NCBI GenBank assembly: GCA_040769065.1
Contig: JAXGLU010000001.1
Coordinates: forward strand, 1,991,218-2,055,217
Direction: 5' to 3'
DNA: 64,000 nucleotides
From: Bacteroidales bacterium
GTDB lineage: Bacteria > Bacteroidota > Bacteroidia > Bacteroidales > VadinHA17
Below the pieces are notes generated by a model. It was not told the DNA's origin. It saw nothing but the letters and a program-made list of their open reading frames with translations, and did no database searches. A program made the translations under genes and the position numbers. Shown here piece after piece: positions 36,998 through 46,158 of this stretch; the first letter of the stretch is position 1, and each line of letters begins with the position of its first letter.

Positions 36998-38254
36998 TCA
37001 GTTAAAATCCATTAGCGTTTCAGCAAATTCTTTTTTACTCTGATCATCAAAACCGGCAAAATACGCCTGCGTGGTGGTAATATTATTGTGGCCCAAAGCT
37101 TCGCTAACGAATTCCATTGAGACCCCGCTCCGGATGGCAGTTGTGGCGTATGAATGCCTGGCCGTGTAAAATGATATGGTTTCCGGCAGACCGTTAACCT
37201 TGCAGATATGCTTTAAACTTTGATTCAGCATGCTGAGAAACGCAATTATCTTTTTACGCTGTACCTCAGCTGACTGATCGGCCCGGATTATGTCAAAAAT
37301 AAAGTTTTCCGGCGTTATATCAGGGGTGCCGTATTTCTGAATTACCTGTTTGGCAAAGTCATTCAAATAAACTGTAATTGCCTTTTGATTGCCTTTACTT
37401 GTGAGTCGGGTCTTTGCCCGGACAAATGTCAGTCGGTCATCCTGAATGTCTCTGTAGCGCAAATATGCCAGGTCTTTTAAATTGATGCCTGAACAGGAGA
37501 ATGACAGGAAGAAAAAATCTTTTGCTTTCTCCTGCCAAGGGGTTGAGGTAGGGGCATCAAATAACTGTTTTAATTCTTCTTTGCTCAGGGCTTTTTTTAC
37601 TTTCCTGGTTCGGGGAATTTCATATTTGAGGAACGGGTAAAAATCCTTACTGATTTCACCTTCATTAATTGCCCGATTATATACCGCCCTCAACGTTCTC
37701 GCATAAATCCCGACAGTTGTAAGACTGCGCTTTTTTGATGCTTGAACAGTCAAATAATGCTCAAAATCAGTCAGCCACTTAACCGTAATGTCGTAAAATG
37801 TCAGATTTTCATATTTAGTATTTCTACTTTCTGAGAATTCGCGAATGGCCTTTTCTGTAAGGTCGTAGCTGCTGGCACTTCCAAAACGTTCATATTTTTT
37901 CAGTTCCTTTATTACTTGCTGGAATTGGTATTGAAGCCTTATCCCGGCCCCAGCTTTGCGGTAAATTTTCTTTTCAAAGGTTTCTATATTAAACGGCTGT
38001 ATTTGCTTGGCTATTTCATTTGCCCGTCCTACAAGTGCCTGCATTTCAGCCCGTGTCTCCTTATATTTTTTTCTGGGCTTAGTTGTTAACCATGTGGCGG
38101 AAAATTCATCTTCTGAAAACTCAAATTTAGTTGCGAACAGCTTTTGACTTTTTATTGGCAACTGGGTATAGACCCGAAGTTTTACCGGAAATTTCCCGCT
38201 TTTTAATTTTCGGCGAGGATCAAGCCACAAACTAATCTCATAGTCTCTTTTCAT
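36998..38254 (-). CDS. int: Tyrosine recombinase/integrase (Bacteroidota phage-integrase type)
   Basis: 'TARHSYATTAIRSGVSMEFVSEALGHNNITTTQAYF' carries the R..H..R..Y catalytic box, and an N-terminal arm-binding/SAM-like region is present. The start was moved to 'MKRDYEISLW' (ATG 38252-38254). Confidence 0.9.
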   Translation of the reverse strand: MKRDYEISLWLDPRRKLKSGKFPVKLRVYTQLPIKSQKLFATKFEFSEDEFSATWLTTKPRKKYKETRAEMQALVGRANEIAKQIQPFNIETFEKKIYRKAGAGIRLQYQFQQVIKELKKYERFGSASSYDLTEKAIREFSESRNTKYENLTFYDITVKWLTDFEHYLTVQASKKRSLTTVGIYARTLRAVYNRAINEGEISKDFYPFLKYEIPRTRKVKKALSKEELKQLFDAPTSTPWQEKAKDFFFLSFSCSGINLKDLAYLRYRDIQDDRLTFVRAKTRLTSKGNQKAITVYLNDFAKQVIQKYGTPDITPENFIFDIIRADQSAEVQRKKIIAFLSMLNQSLKHICKVNGLPETISFYTARHSYATTAIRSGVSMEFVSEALGHNNITTTQAYFAGFDDQSKKEFAETLMDFN

Positions 38255-38266
38255 TGTTACTATGAA

Positions 38267-38285
38267 TTTGCATACGATTTGCATA
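38267..38285 (+). promoter_or_regulatory. Pair of TTTGCATA 8-mers (candidate arm-type sites, right end), 13 nt upstream of int start
   Basis: 'TTTGCATAcgaTTTGCATA' is identical to 31726-31744. Confidence 0.4.
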
Positions 38286-38403
38286 CAAAATAACAAAATA
38301 TACATATAACAAACAAGCAAAGAGTTTTGTTTTTAAAACATAACTATTATATTTACAAAGGATTCTAACAAATAACAATAAATAAAGAATAAGCGACTTT
38401 TAA

Positions 38404-38448
38404 GACTCTGGATCAGAAAAGTTCAGGTTCGAGCCCTGACGGAGCAAC
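38404..38448 (+). repeat. attR: 45-bp direct repeat of the tRNA-Gln 3' half
   Basis: Identical to 31633-31677. Confidence 0.9.
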
Positions 38449-38452
38449 CAGA

Positions 38453-38477
38453 TGCCGGTTATTTAGCCGGCATTTTT
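38453..38477 (+). terminator. Terminator-like hairpin in the 72-bp spacer between attR and a third partial att copy
   Basis: 'tgccgg-ttatttag-ccggca' followed by a T5 run. Confidence 0.4.
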
Positions 38478-38520
38478 CTTTGCGACGACAGGGCGAGAAG
38501 TTTACCCCCACGAAGGAGGG

Positions 38521-38558
38521 GAGCCCTGACGGAGCAATAACATTATAAGCCACTTATC
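38521..38558 (+). repeat. Third, partial copy of the tRNA-Gln 3' end (17 bp) plus ~20 bp resembling the region just downstream of the tRNA
   Basis: 'gagccctgacggagcaaTaacattataagccactt' compares with 31661-31697 'gagccctgacggagcaaCaacattataagccactt'. A hairpin and T run follow at 38550-38584. Confidence 0.7.
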
Positions 38559-39001
38559 ACTTTCCCATGACAGGTGGTTTTTTATCCTGCCAGATTTTTG
38601 CCTAAACCTGACAGGCTGACCACTTTCGACTGGTCAGATGTTCATGAAATCAGGAAATACGATATGTAATTTTCCTGAAAACTTGGTTGTATTAATCACA
38701 TCTAACTGTATGCCTGTGCAGTGTCCGTCGTTCCGGTCATAATATAGAAAGACCGCTCAAGAATATAAGCCCGGTCGATTCCTCTATCATTTTTCTGAAT
38801 GTTTTAATTTTATCAAGAAATCCTGTTTCTTTTCCAATATTTGTAAGTGGATTAAATGCAAAGCATATCCTTATTTCTTTACTTCCTCATGATATCATAT
38901 TTTTAATTTTAATTCTAAATACATAAATTAGCCTGATAACACTGGTTACATAAACCTGATTATAGATTTTTTACCCGGTCCTTAAAATCAAACCTGGAGA
39001 G

Positions 39002-39586
39002 ATGAAGGATCAGATTGCCTATAGAATCAAAAATGGAGATGAGTACTCTTTCGAACTGCTCTTCAGGAAGTATTATGTAAGATTATGCTGTTTCGCCAAC
39101 AAATTTCTCAATGATCCAGAAGAGGCACGTGAAATCGTTCAGGATGTATTTCTTAAGTTATGGGAGGCAAGGGAAGACATTAAACCGGAAGATTCACTTA
39201 ACTCCTACATCTTCAGTGTGACCAGGAACAAATGTATAAATAAACTTCGCAGGAGAAATATTGAATCAAAATATACTGAAATTCTACAACTGGTGTATGC
39301 TGAAAACAGGGAAATTTCCCCACATGATTCCCTCCTTGCCAATGAACTGGGTAATGAATTCTCCGTTGCTATTGAAAAACTGCCGGCTAGATGCAGGGAA
39401 ATATTCGATCTAAGCAGAATAGAGGGTCTCAGATACAACGAAATTGCCATAATGCTGCATATATCAGTTAAAACTGTTGAAGCACAAATGTCAAAAGCAT
39501 TGAAGATCCTCAGATTTGAACTTAAGGATTACCTTTTAATACTGATACTTGTCTGTCTGTCAGCCTCATATAATCTTTCTTTATAA
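39002..39586 (+). CDS. ECF-type RNA polymerase sigma-70 factor
   Basis: Region 2 'EIVQDVFLKLWE' and region 4 'LPARCREIFDLSRIEGLRYNEIAIMLHISVKTVEAQMSKAL'. Confidence 0.9.
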   Translation: MKDQIAYRIKNGDEYSFELLFRKYYVRLCCFANKFLNDPEEAREIVQDVFLKLWEAREDIKPEDSLNSYIFSVTRNKCINKLRRRNIESKYTEILQLVYAENREISPHDSLLANELGNEFSVAIEKLPARCREIFDLSRIEGLRYNEIAIMLHISVKTVEAQMSKALKILRFELKDYLLILILVCLSASYNLSL

Positions 39587-39888
39587 TCTCTTTCCGGCAA
39601 TCCTTTGCAGGCATCATTAAAGTGAATGCAAAACAAACAAATAATTAAAGAAGTTTTTGTTCCTGCTTGTCTTTAATCAAAGTAATCATACTGTCTAAAT
39701 AGAAAACCCGGGGGTCAGCTTTCCCGCTTCAGTTCCTGGGTAAAAACCGAAATCAAATTAAATATGATCTGTAAGTTTAGAATTATTTCAACTTTAGGTC
39801 AACGGGTATGGTAAGAATTAACAATTTCTTTTACTGCCAATAAGGGTAAAAAGTGTTCAGATTGTATTATCATATATAAAACCATCAA

Positions 39889-40947
39889 ATGAAAGAAGAA
39901 TTGGACTACAGGGAACTGCTTGTTAAATTTTTAGCCGGCGAGATTTCTGATAACGAAGCTGACGTTTTAAAGGAATGGCTGAAAAAAGATCCTGACAACC
40001 GGAGGATTTTTGATATTGAAAATGAATTGTGGCAGAAAACAGGGGTAAAGACTATTCTTGACCATTTTAAAACTGATGAAGACTGGTCGGAAATTTCCGG
40101 GAAGATTGGATTGAAAAAAGATGGTGAAGGCCACTTAATGACAATTACCAGGACCAGGTTCAGAATACTGATAGCAGCAGCATCAATCGCCTTTTTAGCT
40201 GCACTGGGGGGTATTACATTATGGATGACCGAAAGAAAATCGGTAAAAATGATATCCGACGCATCAACAGTCATCAGCACCTGTGAGGGAGAAAAGGCAA
40301 GAATCTGGCTTTCAGACTCTACAAAAGTAATCATCAATTCAGGAAGCAATATCGAATATAAATCAGATTATAATGTCAGGGAACGTATTTTAAAACTGAA
40401 AGGGGAGGCCTTTTTTGATGTTCGGACAAACCCTGAAAAACCCCTTCTGGTACAGCTGGGAGAAATGACCATCTCTGCAGCTGGAACTAAGTTCAATGTT
40501 TTTTCCTACGAAAATGAAGATCGTATTGAAACAACACTTGAAGAAGGTAAATTAAAGGTTGAAATACCCGGGCTGGAGTCAATTGAATTAAAAGCCGGTC
40601 AGCAGGTCGTTTATTTCACAAAAAAGAAAAAAGCCGAAGTGAGGAATGTAAATACGGAAACCTATACGTCATGGAAAGAAAACAAGCTTAGGTTTATTGA
40701 CACACCTTTCGAAGAGGTATTAAGAAGGATTGCGAGACGATATAATGTCACTTTTGAGGTGACAAGCAGGCACCTTCTTGACCTGCAATATACAGCTACC
40801 TTTATTGATGAGTCTATCGAAGAAGTGATGCATATGTTAAGGGAAGTAAGTCCCATTACTTACAAAATACATAACCGTACCACAGTTAAGGATAAATATT
40901 ATCTAAAACCCAAGATTGTTGTGGGCAAGAGAAAAAGTTCCGTTTGA
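39889..40947 (+). CDS. FecR-family anti-sigma factor
   Basis: N-terminal anti-sigma segment, a single TM ('ILIAAASIAFLAALGGITLWM'), a FecR domain ('LSDSTKVIINSGSNIEY...LKGEAFFDV') and a C-terminal DUF4974-like part. Confidence 0.85.
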   Translation: MKEELDYRELLVKFLAGEISDNEADVLKEWLKKDPDNRRIFDIENELWQKTGVKTILDHFKTDEDWSEISGKIGLKKDGEGHLMTITRTRFRILIAAASIAFLAALGGITLWMTERKSVKMISDASTVISTCEGEKARIWLSDSTKVIINSGSNIEYKSDYNVRERILKLKGEAFFDVRTNPEKPLLVQLGEMTISAAGTKFNVFSYENEDRIETTLEEGKLKVEIPGLESIELKAGQQVVYFTKKKKAEVRNVNTETYTSWKENKLRFIDTPFEEVLRRIARRYNVTFEVTSRHLLDLQYTATFIDESIEEVMHMLREVSPITYKIHNRTTVKDKYYLKPKIVVGKRKSSV

Positions 40948-41195
40948 CCTGAAATATAATTATTTAACCTACTCTAAACCTCTAATGCCTATGAAATAAA
41001 CCTTCTACGACAAGAAAAAGCAGGGAAGCCCTTCCCGGCCTCCCCGCAGTTTTAAAGCATTTATACCCGATTCTAGCCCGGTAAAAATGCGATTTAGCTT
41101 ATTAACTTTCTAAATCATACAAATTTATGAAAAAAATCTTTATTGTTTTACATACAGGTCCGTTCCGTGTCTGTACGTATAAAATTATCAGAATC

Positions 41196-44100
41196 ATGAA
41201 ACTAACCTATTTTCTGTTATTTTCTACAATTCTCAGTGCATATAGCAGTTCAACATATTCCCAGTATACAAAGTTGAACCTCGAAATGGAGGATGTCCCG
41301 ATCCATACAGTGCTTAGCTCAATAGAAAGACAGAGCGAATTCTTTTTCCTTTATAGCTCAAAAATGATAGATGTTACCCAAAAAGTAGACATCAAAGCTG
41401 AAGGACAAAGTGTTTATGAAATTATGGATAAGCTTTTTGCGGATACCGATATTAAATACACTGTAAGGGACAGACAGATACTTCTTGTAAACAAAGAAGC
41501 CGAACCTGTAATAACACCTGTGCAGAAGAGGATCACAGGACGTATAACCGACGAAAACGGATTACCTGTTACAGGGGCAAATGTTACAGTGAAAGGATCA
41601 ACCGTTGGGGCTATAACTGATATTGATGGCAGATATAGCCTGATCCCTCCCGACAGAGCTGAAACTCTCATAATATCATTTGTCGGCTACATATCTCAGG
41701 AAATAAATATCGGTAATGCATCGACAATAAATGCTACTCTGGTCCCGGACACACAATCCCTTTCTGAAGTGGTGGTTGTGGGATATGGATCGCAAAGGAA
41801 AAGCGACATTACCGGTTCTGTAAGCTCAGTTAAAGGCCCCGACCTGGTTCAACTGCCCTCTATCAGGTCAGATGAAGCCTTACAAGGACGTGCCGCCGGC
41901 GTTGTGGTCACAAACAATGACGGGGCTCCGGGTGGTGCAGCAACGATCAGAATCAGGGGAGGAAATTCAATTACAGGAAGCAACGATGCCCTTGTAGTAA
42001 TTGACGGATTTCAGGGAGGAGATCTCAGCTCATTGAATCCCAATGAGGTCGAATCAATAGAAGTACTTAAGGATGCTTCGGCTACAGCTATATATGGCTC
42101 AAAGGGCGCCAACGGAGTGATTCTTGTTACAACAAAAAGAGGAAAGACCGGAGCTCCCATTATTGATTACAGCTATAGCTACGGTGCTCAGTCAATTGTA
42201 AAGAAAATTGACCTTTTCAATGCCGGTGAATATGCAAGGATAGCCAATGTATGGAAAGCATCCCAGAATCTCTACGGTGATCCTGTACTGCCCTTCACTG
42301 AAGCTCAGATTGCCGAGCTTGACAGGAAAGGGGGAACTGACTGGCAGGACGAGATGTTCCGGACAGCCCCGTTACAGATACACCAGATCTCTTTAAGGGG
42401 AGGATCGGAGTCAGTCAGATATTTCATTGCAGGAGGCTATTTTGATCAGACAGGATTGATCGTCAATACTCAGTTCGAACGCTATACTCTTCGGTCTAAT
42501 CTGGATATGAACCTTACAAAATGGCTGAAGGGTGGCCTTAATATGAATGTGATCAAGGACAAAGGCAATATACCTCCGTCAGGAGAAGGTACCAGATATG
42601 TCGATATTTTAACTCAGGCTGTTAATGCTGTCCTTCGCTTCGATCCCATAACTCCTGTCTTTGATGAACTTGGCAATTACAGCAGACCACCCAGTACATA
42701 TGGCGACAGGGATGTCTGGAATCCGATGGCTACAGCTATGGGCTCTTTTAACGAGCGGAGCAACACGACAACCAATTTAAATGCATTCCTGGAATTCAGA
42801 ATCATTGAAGGACTAACCCTCAAAGTTACCGGTGCTGCCGGAATCTATAATTCTGACAGGAAACAATATTACAATACTCTGACAAAAGTAGGAAGACCTA
42901 TTAATGGCATTGGTAATCTGATAGATGACAAAAATCTATATTATCAGAACTCAAATATTCTTACATATGATAAAATCATAAATACAAAACATCATTTAAC
43001 CCTTACGGGTGTGGCTGAGCAGCAGTCGACCTCGGCCTATGGTTCGAACATACAGGTTCAGGGATTTGCCTCCGATATTACCGGTGTTTATGATATAGGC
43101 GGAGCAAGCCAGACAAATTACAGATCTTCTTATGAATCAAAAAGAAATATAAATTCATGGTTGCTCCGTGCCAACTACGGATTTGCCAATAAATATCTGC
43201 TGACAGTAAGCTATCGGGCAGACGGATCCTCAGTTTTTGGTAAGAACAATAAGTGGGGTTATTTCCCGTCGGCATCCATTGCCTGGAGAGCATCAGAAGA
43301 AGATTTTATAAAAACCCTCAATATCTTTTCTGATCTGAAGCTGAGAGGAAGCTGGGGTCAGACGGGTAACCAGGCTATCGCTGTTTATGGTTCACTGGCA
43401 AAGATCGGATCGGGATTGAATTATCCCTATAACGGCACAAGCACTACTGATACAGGGTATGGTATAACAAGTGCTCCAAATGTGAATCTCAAATGGGAAA
43501 CAACCTCACAGACCAACCTTGGTATTGACATGGGATTTTTTAAGGGCAGGCTGACAGCTACATTCGATGTATATCGGAAAGAGACCTCCGACCTGCTTCT
43601 TGACAAGCCTGTTCCATTCTATACAGGGGCACCAAGTGCTCAGTTACTGGATAATGTAGGGTCGATCGAAAACAAAGGAATGGAAATTACTGTCAGCGGT
43701 GATCCGCTGGTGCGTTCTTTCAGATGGAACACCGGCATAAACATTACAATAAACAGAAGCAAAGTACTTAAGCTGCTTAATGAATTACCGATGGGTCTGA
43801 AAACATCTACCGGTGGCGGATATGGAATCTACAGGGCAGCATCCAATTCACTGATGTATCTGCAGGAAGGCCAGCCAATGGGCCAGATGCGTGGTTATAT
43901 CGTTCTGGGCACATGGAGTGAGGCGGAACGTGACGAAGCCCTGAAATATGGCCAGCTGCCCGGCGATCAGAAGTACAAGGATATTAACAATGACGGAAAG
44001 ATAACTGAAGCCGGAGATGTTACAGTGATAGGAAATTCATCACCTGATTTTGTTTTCGGATGGAATAACAGTATGGCCTGGAAAAACTTCACCCTCTCCT

Positions 44101-44582
44101 TCCTTATTCAGGGATCACAGGGTAATGATATATTCAATGCAACCAGGATACAACTCGAAGCTCCCAGCAAGGGAACTAGCAAAGCCCTGGATAACAGATG
44201 GACAATTGACAACCAGGATACCGACATCCCGGCATTTACCGACCAGATAACACGACGAGAAGCTCTTCTGGGAATACCATCAAAGATAAACCTCGGAAGG
44301 TCACCTAATAGACTTAGCAGATATGTTGAAGACGGATCCTATGCCAGGCTGAAAACAATAACTCTGGGATATAACCTCCCGAAAACACTTATCGAAAAAG
44401 TTGGCCTTTCTAACCTCAGGGCATATGTCACAGCTGCCAACATCATTACCCTAACAAAGTATTCCGGCTATGATCCGGAGGTTAGTTCCTTTAACGTTGC
44501 TACCGATGGGGGAAGAGGAATAGATCTGAGTAATTATCCCACTGTAAAAACAATCACATTCGGAATCAATTTAACTTTCTAA
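41196..44582 (+). CDS. susC: SusC/RagA-family TonB-dependent transporter with N-terminal STN signalling domain
   Basis: STN-like 'EDVPIHTVLSSIERQSEFFFLYS', a CarboxypepD_reg-like 'ITGRITDENGLPVTGANVTVKGS', plug 'VVVVGYGSQRKSDITGSV...NGVILVTTKRG', and C-terminal '...ITFGINLTF'. The start was moved to MKLTYFLLF (41196). Confidence 0.9.
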   Translation: MKLTYFLLFSTILSAYSSSTYSQYTKLNLEMEDVPIHTVLSSIERQSEFFFLYSSKMIDVTQKVDIKAEGQSVYEIMDKLFADTDIKYTVRDRQILLVNKEAEPVITPVQKRITGRITDENGLPVTGANVTVKGSTVGAITDIDGRYSLIPPDRAETLIISFVGYISQEINIGNASTINATLVPDTQSLSEVVVVGYGSQRKSDITGSVSSVKGPDLVQLPSIRSDEALQGRAAGVVVTNNDGAPGGAATIRIRGGNSITGSNDALVVIDGFQGGDLSSLNPNEVESIEVLKDASATAIYGSKGANGVILVTTKRGKTGAPIIDYSYSYGAQSIVKKIDLFNAGEYARIANVWKASQNLYGDPVLPFTEAQIAELDRKGGTDWQDEMFRTAPLQIHQISLRGGSESVRYFIAGGYFDQTGLIVNTQFERYTLRSNLDMNLTKWLKGGLNMNVIKDKGNIPPSGEGTRYVDILTQAVNAVLRFDPITPVFDELGNYSRPPSTYGDRDVWNPMATAMGSFNERSNTTTNLNAFLEFRIIEGLTLKVTGAAGIYNSDRKQYYNTLTKVGRPINGIGNLIDDKNLYYQNSNILTYDKIINTKHHLTLTGVAEQQSTSAYGSNIQVQGFASDITGVYDIGGASQTNYRSSYESKRNINSWLLRANYGFANKYLLTVSYRADGSSVFGKNNKWGYFPSASIAWRASEEDFIKTLNIFSDLKLRGSWGQTGNQAIAVYGSLAKIGSGLNYPYNGTSTTDTGYGITSAPNVNLKWETTSQTNLGIDMGFFKGRLTATFDVYRKETSDLLLDKPVPFYTGAPSAQLLDNVGSIENKGMEITVSGDPLVRSFRWNTGINITINRSKVLKLLNELPMGLKTSTGGGYGIYRAASNSLMYLQEGQPMGQMRGYIVLGTWSEAERDEALKYGQLPGDQKYKDINNDGKITEAGDVTVIGNSSPDFVFGWNNSMAWKNFTLSFLIQGSQGNDIFNATRIQLEAPSKGTSKALDNRWTIDNQDTDIPAFTDQITRREALLGIPSKINLGRSPNRLSRYVEDGSYARLKTITLGYNLPKTLIEKVGLSNLRAYVTAANIITLTKYSGYDPEVSSFNVATDGGRGIDLSNYPTVKTITFGINLTF

Positions 44583-44586
44583 GAAA

Positions 44587-46065
44587 ATGAAAAAAACATA
44601 TAGGAATATTTCAGCATGGTGCATTATTATATTGCTCATTATGACGGGAATATCTTGTCTGAAGCTTGAGGAAGAACCTAAAGGATTATCAACCCCTGAT
44701 AATTTTTATTCAACTCCTGGCCAGTGTGAAGCTGCTTTTGCTGCCTCCATGAACACCCTCTATAATACCTGGGAGGGTTATGAAAATGTATACGGTGCTT
44801 TTCCTGACGGACAATATACCAACGTCAACCTCGATTATGGCCCTAATTATAATTCAATGTACTGGCAGATCCATTACAGGGCGATAAATGATATAAATGC
44901 TGTCTTAAAAGCGGTAATTAAGCGAAACAGCCTGGGAGCCACTGATCCTGTGACAGTTAAAAACATCATTGCCCAGGCAAAATTTCTCAGGGCATTCAAT
45001 TATTTCACCCTGGTCAGATTATGGGGAAAGGTACCATTTTTAACAGAGCACTCTCCCGATCCTATAAGTAATCCGCTTACACCCGAATCCCGTCTGGAGA
45101 TCGCTGCCATATATGATTCCCTTGAAGCGGATCTGGATTTTGCAATTGAAAATCTTGAAGATTATGATGCTTCACGCCCGGCACGCCCGAATATATGGCT
45201 GGCAAAAACATTGCTTGCAAAAGTCTATATTACACGGGCAACTAATCCTCTGAATGAGACATCCTATTATGCCAAAGCAAGAGATCTGGCTGATGATATT
45301 ATTTTGCACGGCCCATTTGTTCTTCTTCCAAAATTCGAGGATGTTTTTCTGAGTACAAACAAGAATAACCTGGAGATTATCTGGGCTTTTCAGACTACGG
45401 ACGATGATCCTAATATCGATGGTGTAGCTATGGCGCCATCAGAGTGGGGTGGCTGGAGCGGAGGAGCCGTCAAGCCCCGCTGGGCGGAGGAATATCCGGA
45501 ACAGCCCCGTAAGAAGGGCTACATTTTAATGGATTTTCCCTCGGACATTACAACTGATCCGATGGGACCGATTATCAATTATAGGGAGTCCATTGACGGA
45601 ACACCGTATATCCAGAAATATCTGTGGCCGATGATAACACTCGAGGAACAGCTTAATATATCACGGCAATACGCTCCCATTTACAGGTTCCCCGATGTTT
45701 TGCTTATCTATGCCGAGGCAGCCAACATGGCCGGAACCGGTCCTACACAGCTTGCAGTTGACCGTATAAACATGATAATAGACAGGGCTAACACCGATGG
45801 CAAGACAGGATTAATGACCGGTACTGAGCCAAGAGCAGACATCACCATGTCGCAGGCTGAATTTGATGCCAAAGTGATAAGGGAGAGAGACCTGGAGCTC
45901 TGCTTTGAGAATGACAGAATCTTCGATGTTTTCAGAAAAAGATTGTTACAGGAAGTAACTGTCGATGAGGAAGGAGTGCCCAATCCCGATTATAACGAGA
46001 ATTGCTACCTCTTCCCGATCCCTGTCAATGATGCACTGGACATAGGCCAGAACCCAGGCTATTGA
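44587..46065 (+). CDS. susD: SusD/RagB-family nutrient-binding lipoprotein
   Basis: Starts 5 nt after susC. Has lipobox 'TGISC' and TPR-like SusD motifs ('AKFLRAFNYFTLVRLWGKVPF', 'RERDLELCFENDRIFD'). Confidence 0.9.
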   Translation: MKKTYRNISAWCIIILLIMTGISCLKLEEEPKGLSTPDNFYSTPGQCEAAFAASMNTLYNTWEGYENVYGAFPDGQYTNVNLDYGPNYNSMYWQIHYRAINDINAVLKAVIKRNSLGATDPVTVKNIIAQAKFLRAFNYFTLVRLWGKVPFLTEHSPDPISNPLTPESRLEIAAIYDSLEADLDFAIENLEDYDASRPARPNIWLAKTLLAKVYITRATNPLNETSYYAKARDLADDIILHGPFVLLPKFEDVFLSTNKNNLEIIWAFQTTDDDPNIDGVAMAPSEWGGWSGGAVKPRWAEEYPEQPRKKGYILMDFPSDITTDPMGPIINYRESIDGTPYIQKYLWPMITLEEQLNISRQYAPIYRFPDVLLIYAEAANMAGTGPTQLAVDRINMIIDRANTDGKTGLMTGTEPRADITMSQAEFDAKVIRERDLELCFENDRIFDVFRKRLLQEVTVDEEGVPNPDYNENCYLFPIPVNDALDIGQNPGY

Positions 46066-46158
46066 TATATTGTTCCTCATATAAAATTTACAGCCTCACT
46101 GAAATTTTGTGGGGCTGTAATATATAATCAGGATTCTTCAAAATCATGAAATAATGTC

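Larger units (their letters stand above)
31633..38448. mobile_element. 6.8-kb tRNA-Gln-integrated island, phage-satellite-like (integrase, Xis-type HTH, nuclease, polymerase-like protein, TerS; no virion genes)
   Basis: Perfect 45-bp att repeats at both ends, with the integrase next to attR. Thirteen co-directional minus-strand ORFs include several tightly packed pairs with 1-4 nt overlaps. A terminase small subunit is present, but large terminase, portal, capsid and tail genes are absent. Confidence 0.8.

Noticed and set aside
31633-38448. Island as a complete small prophage, or as a conjugative/mobilisable element
   Set aside because: At 6.8 kb, none of the 13 ORFs has the size or motifs of TerL, portal, major capsid or tail proteins. 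No relaxase, coupling protein or oriT-like features were seen. The satellite interpretation fits better but remains unproven.
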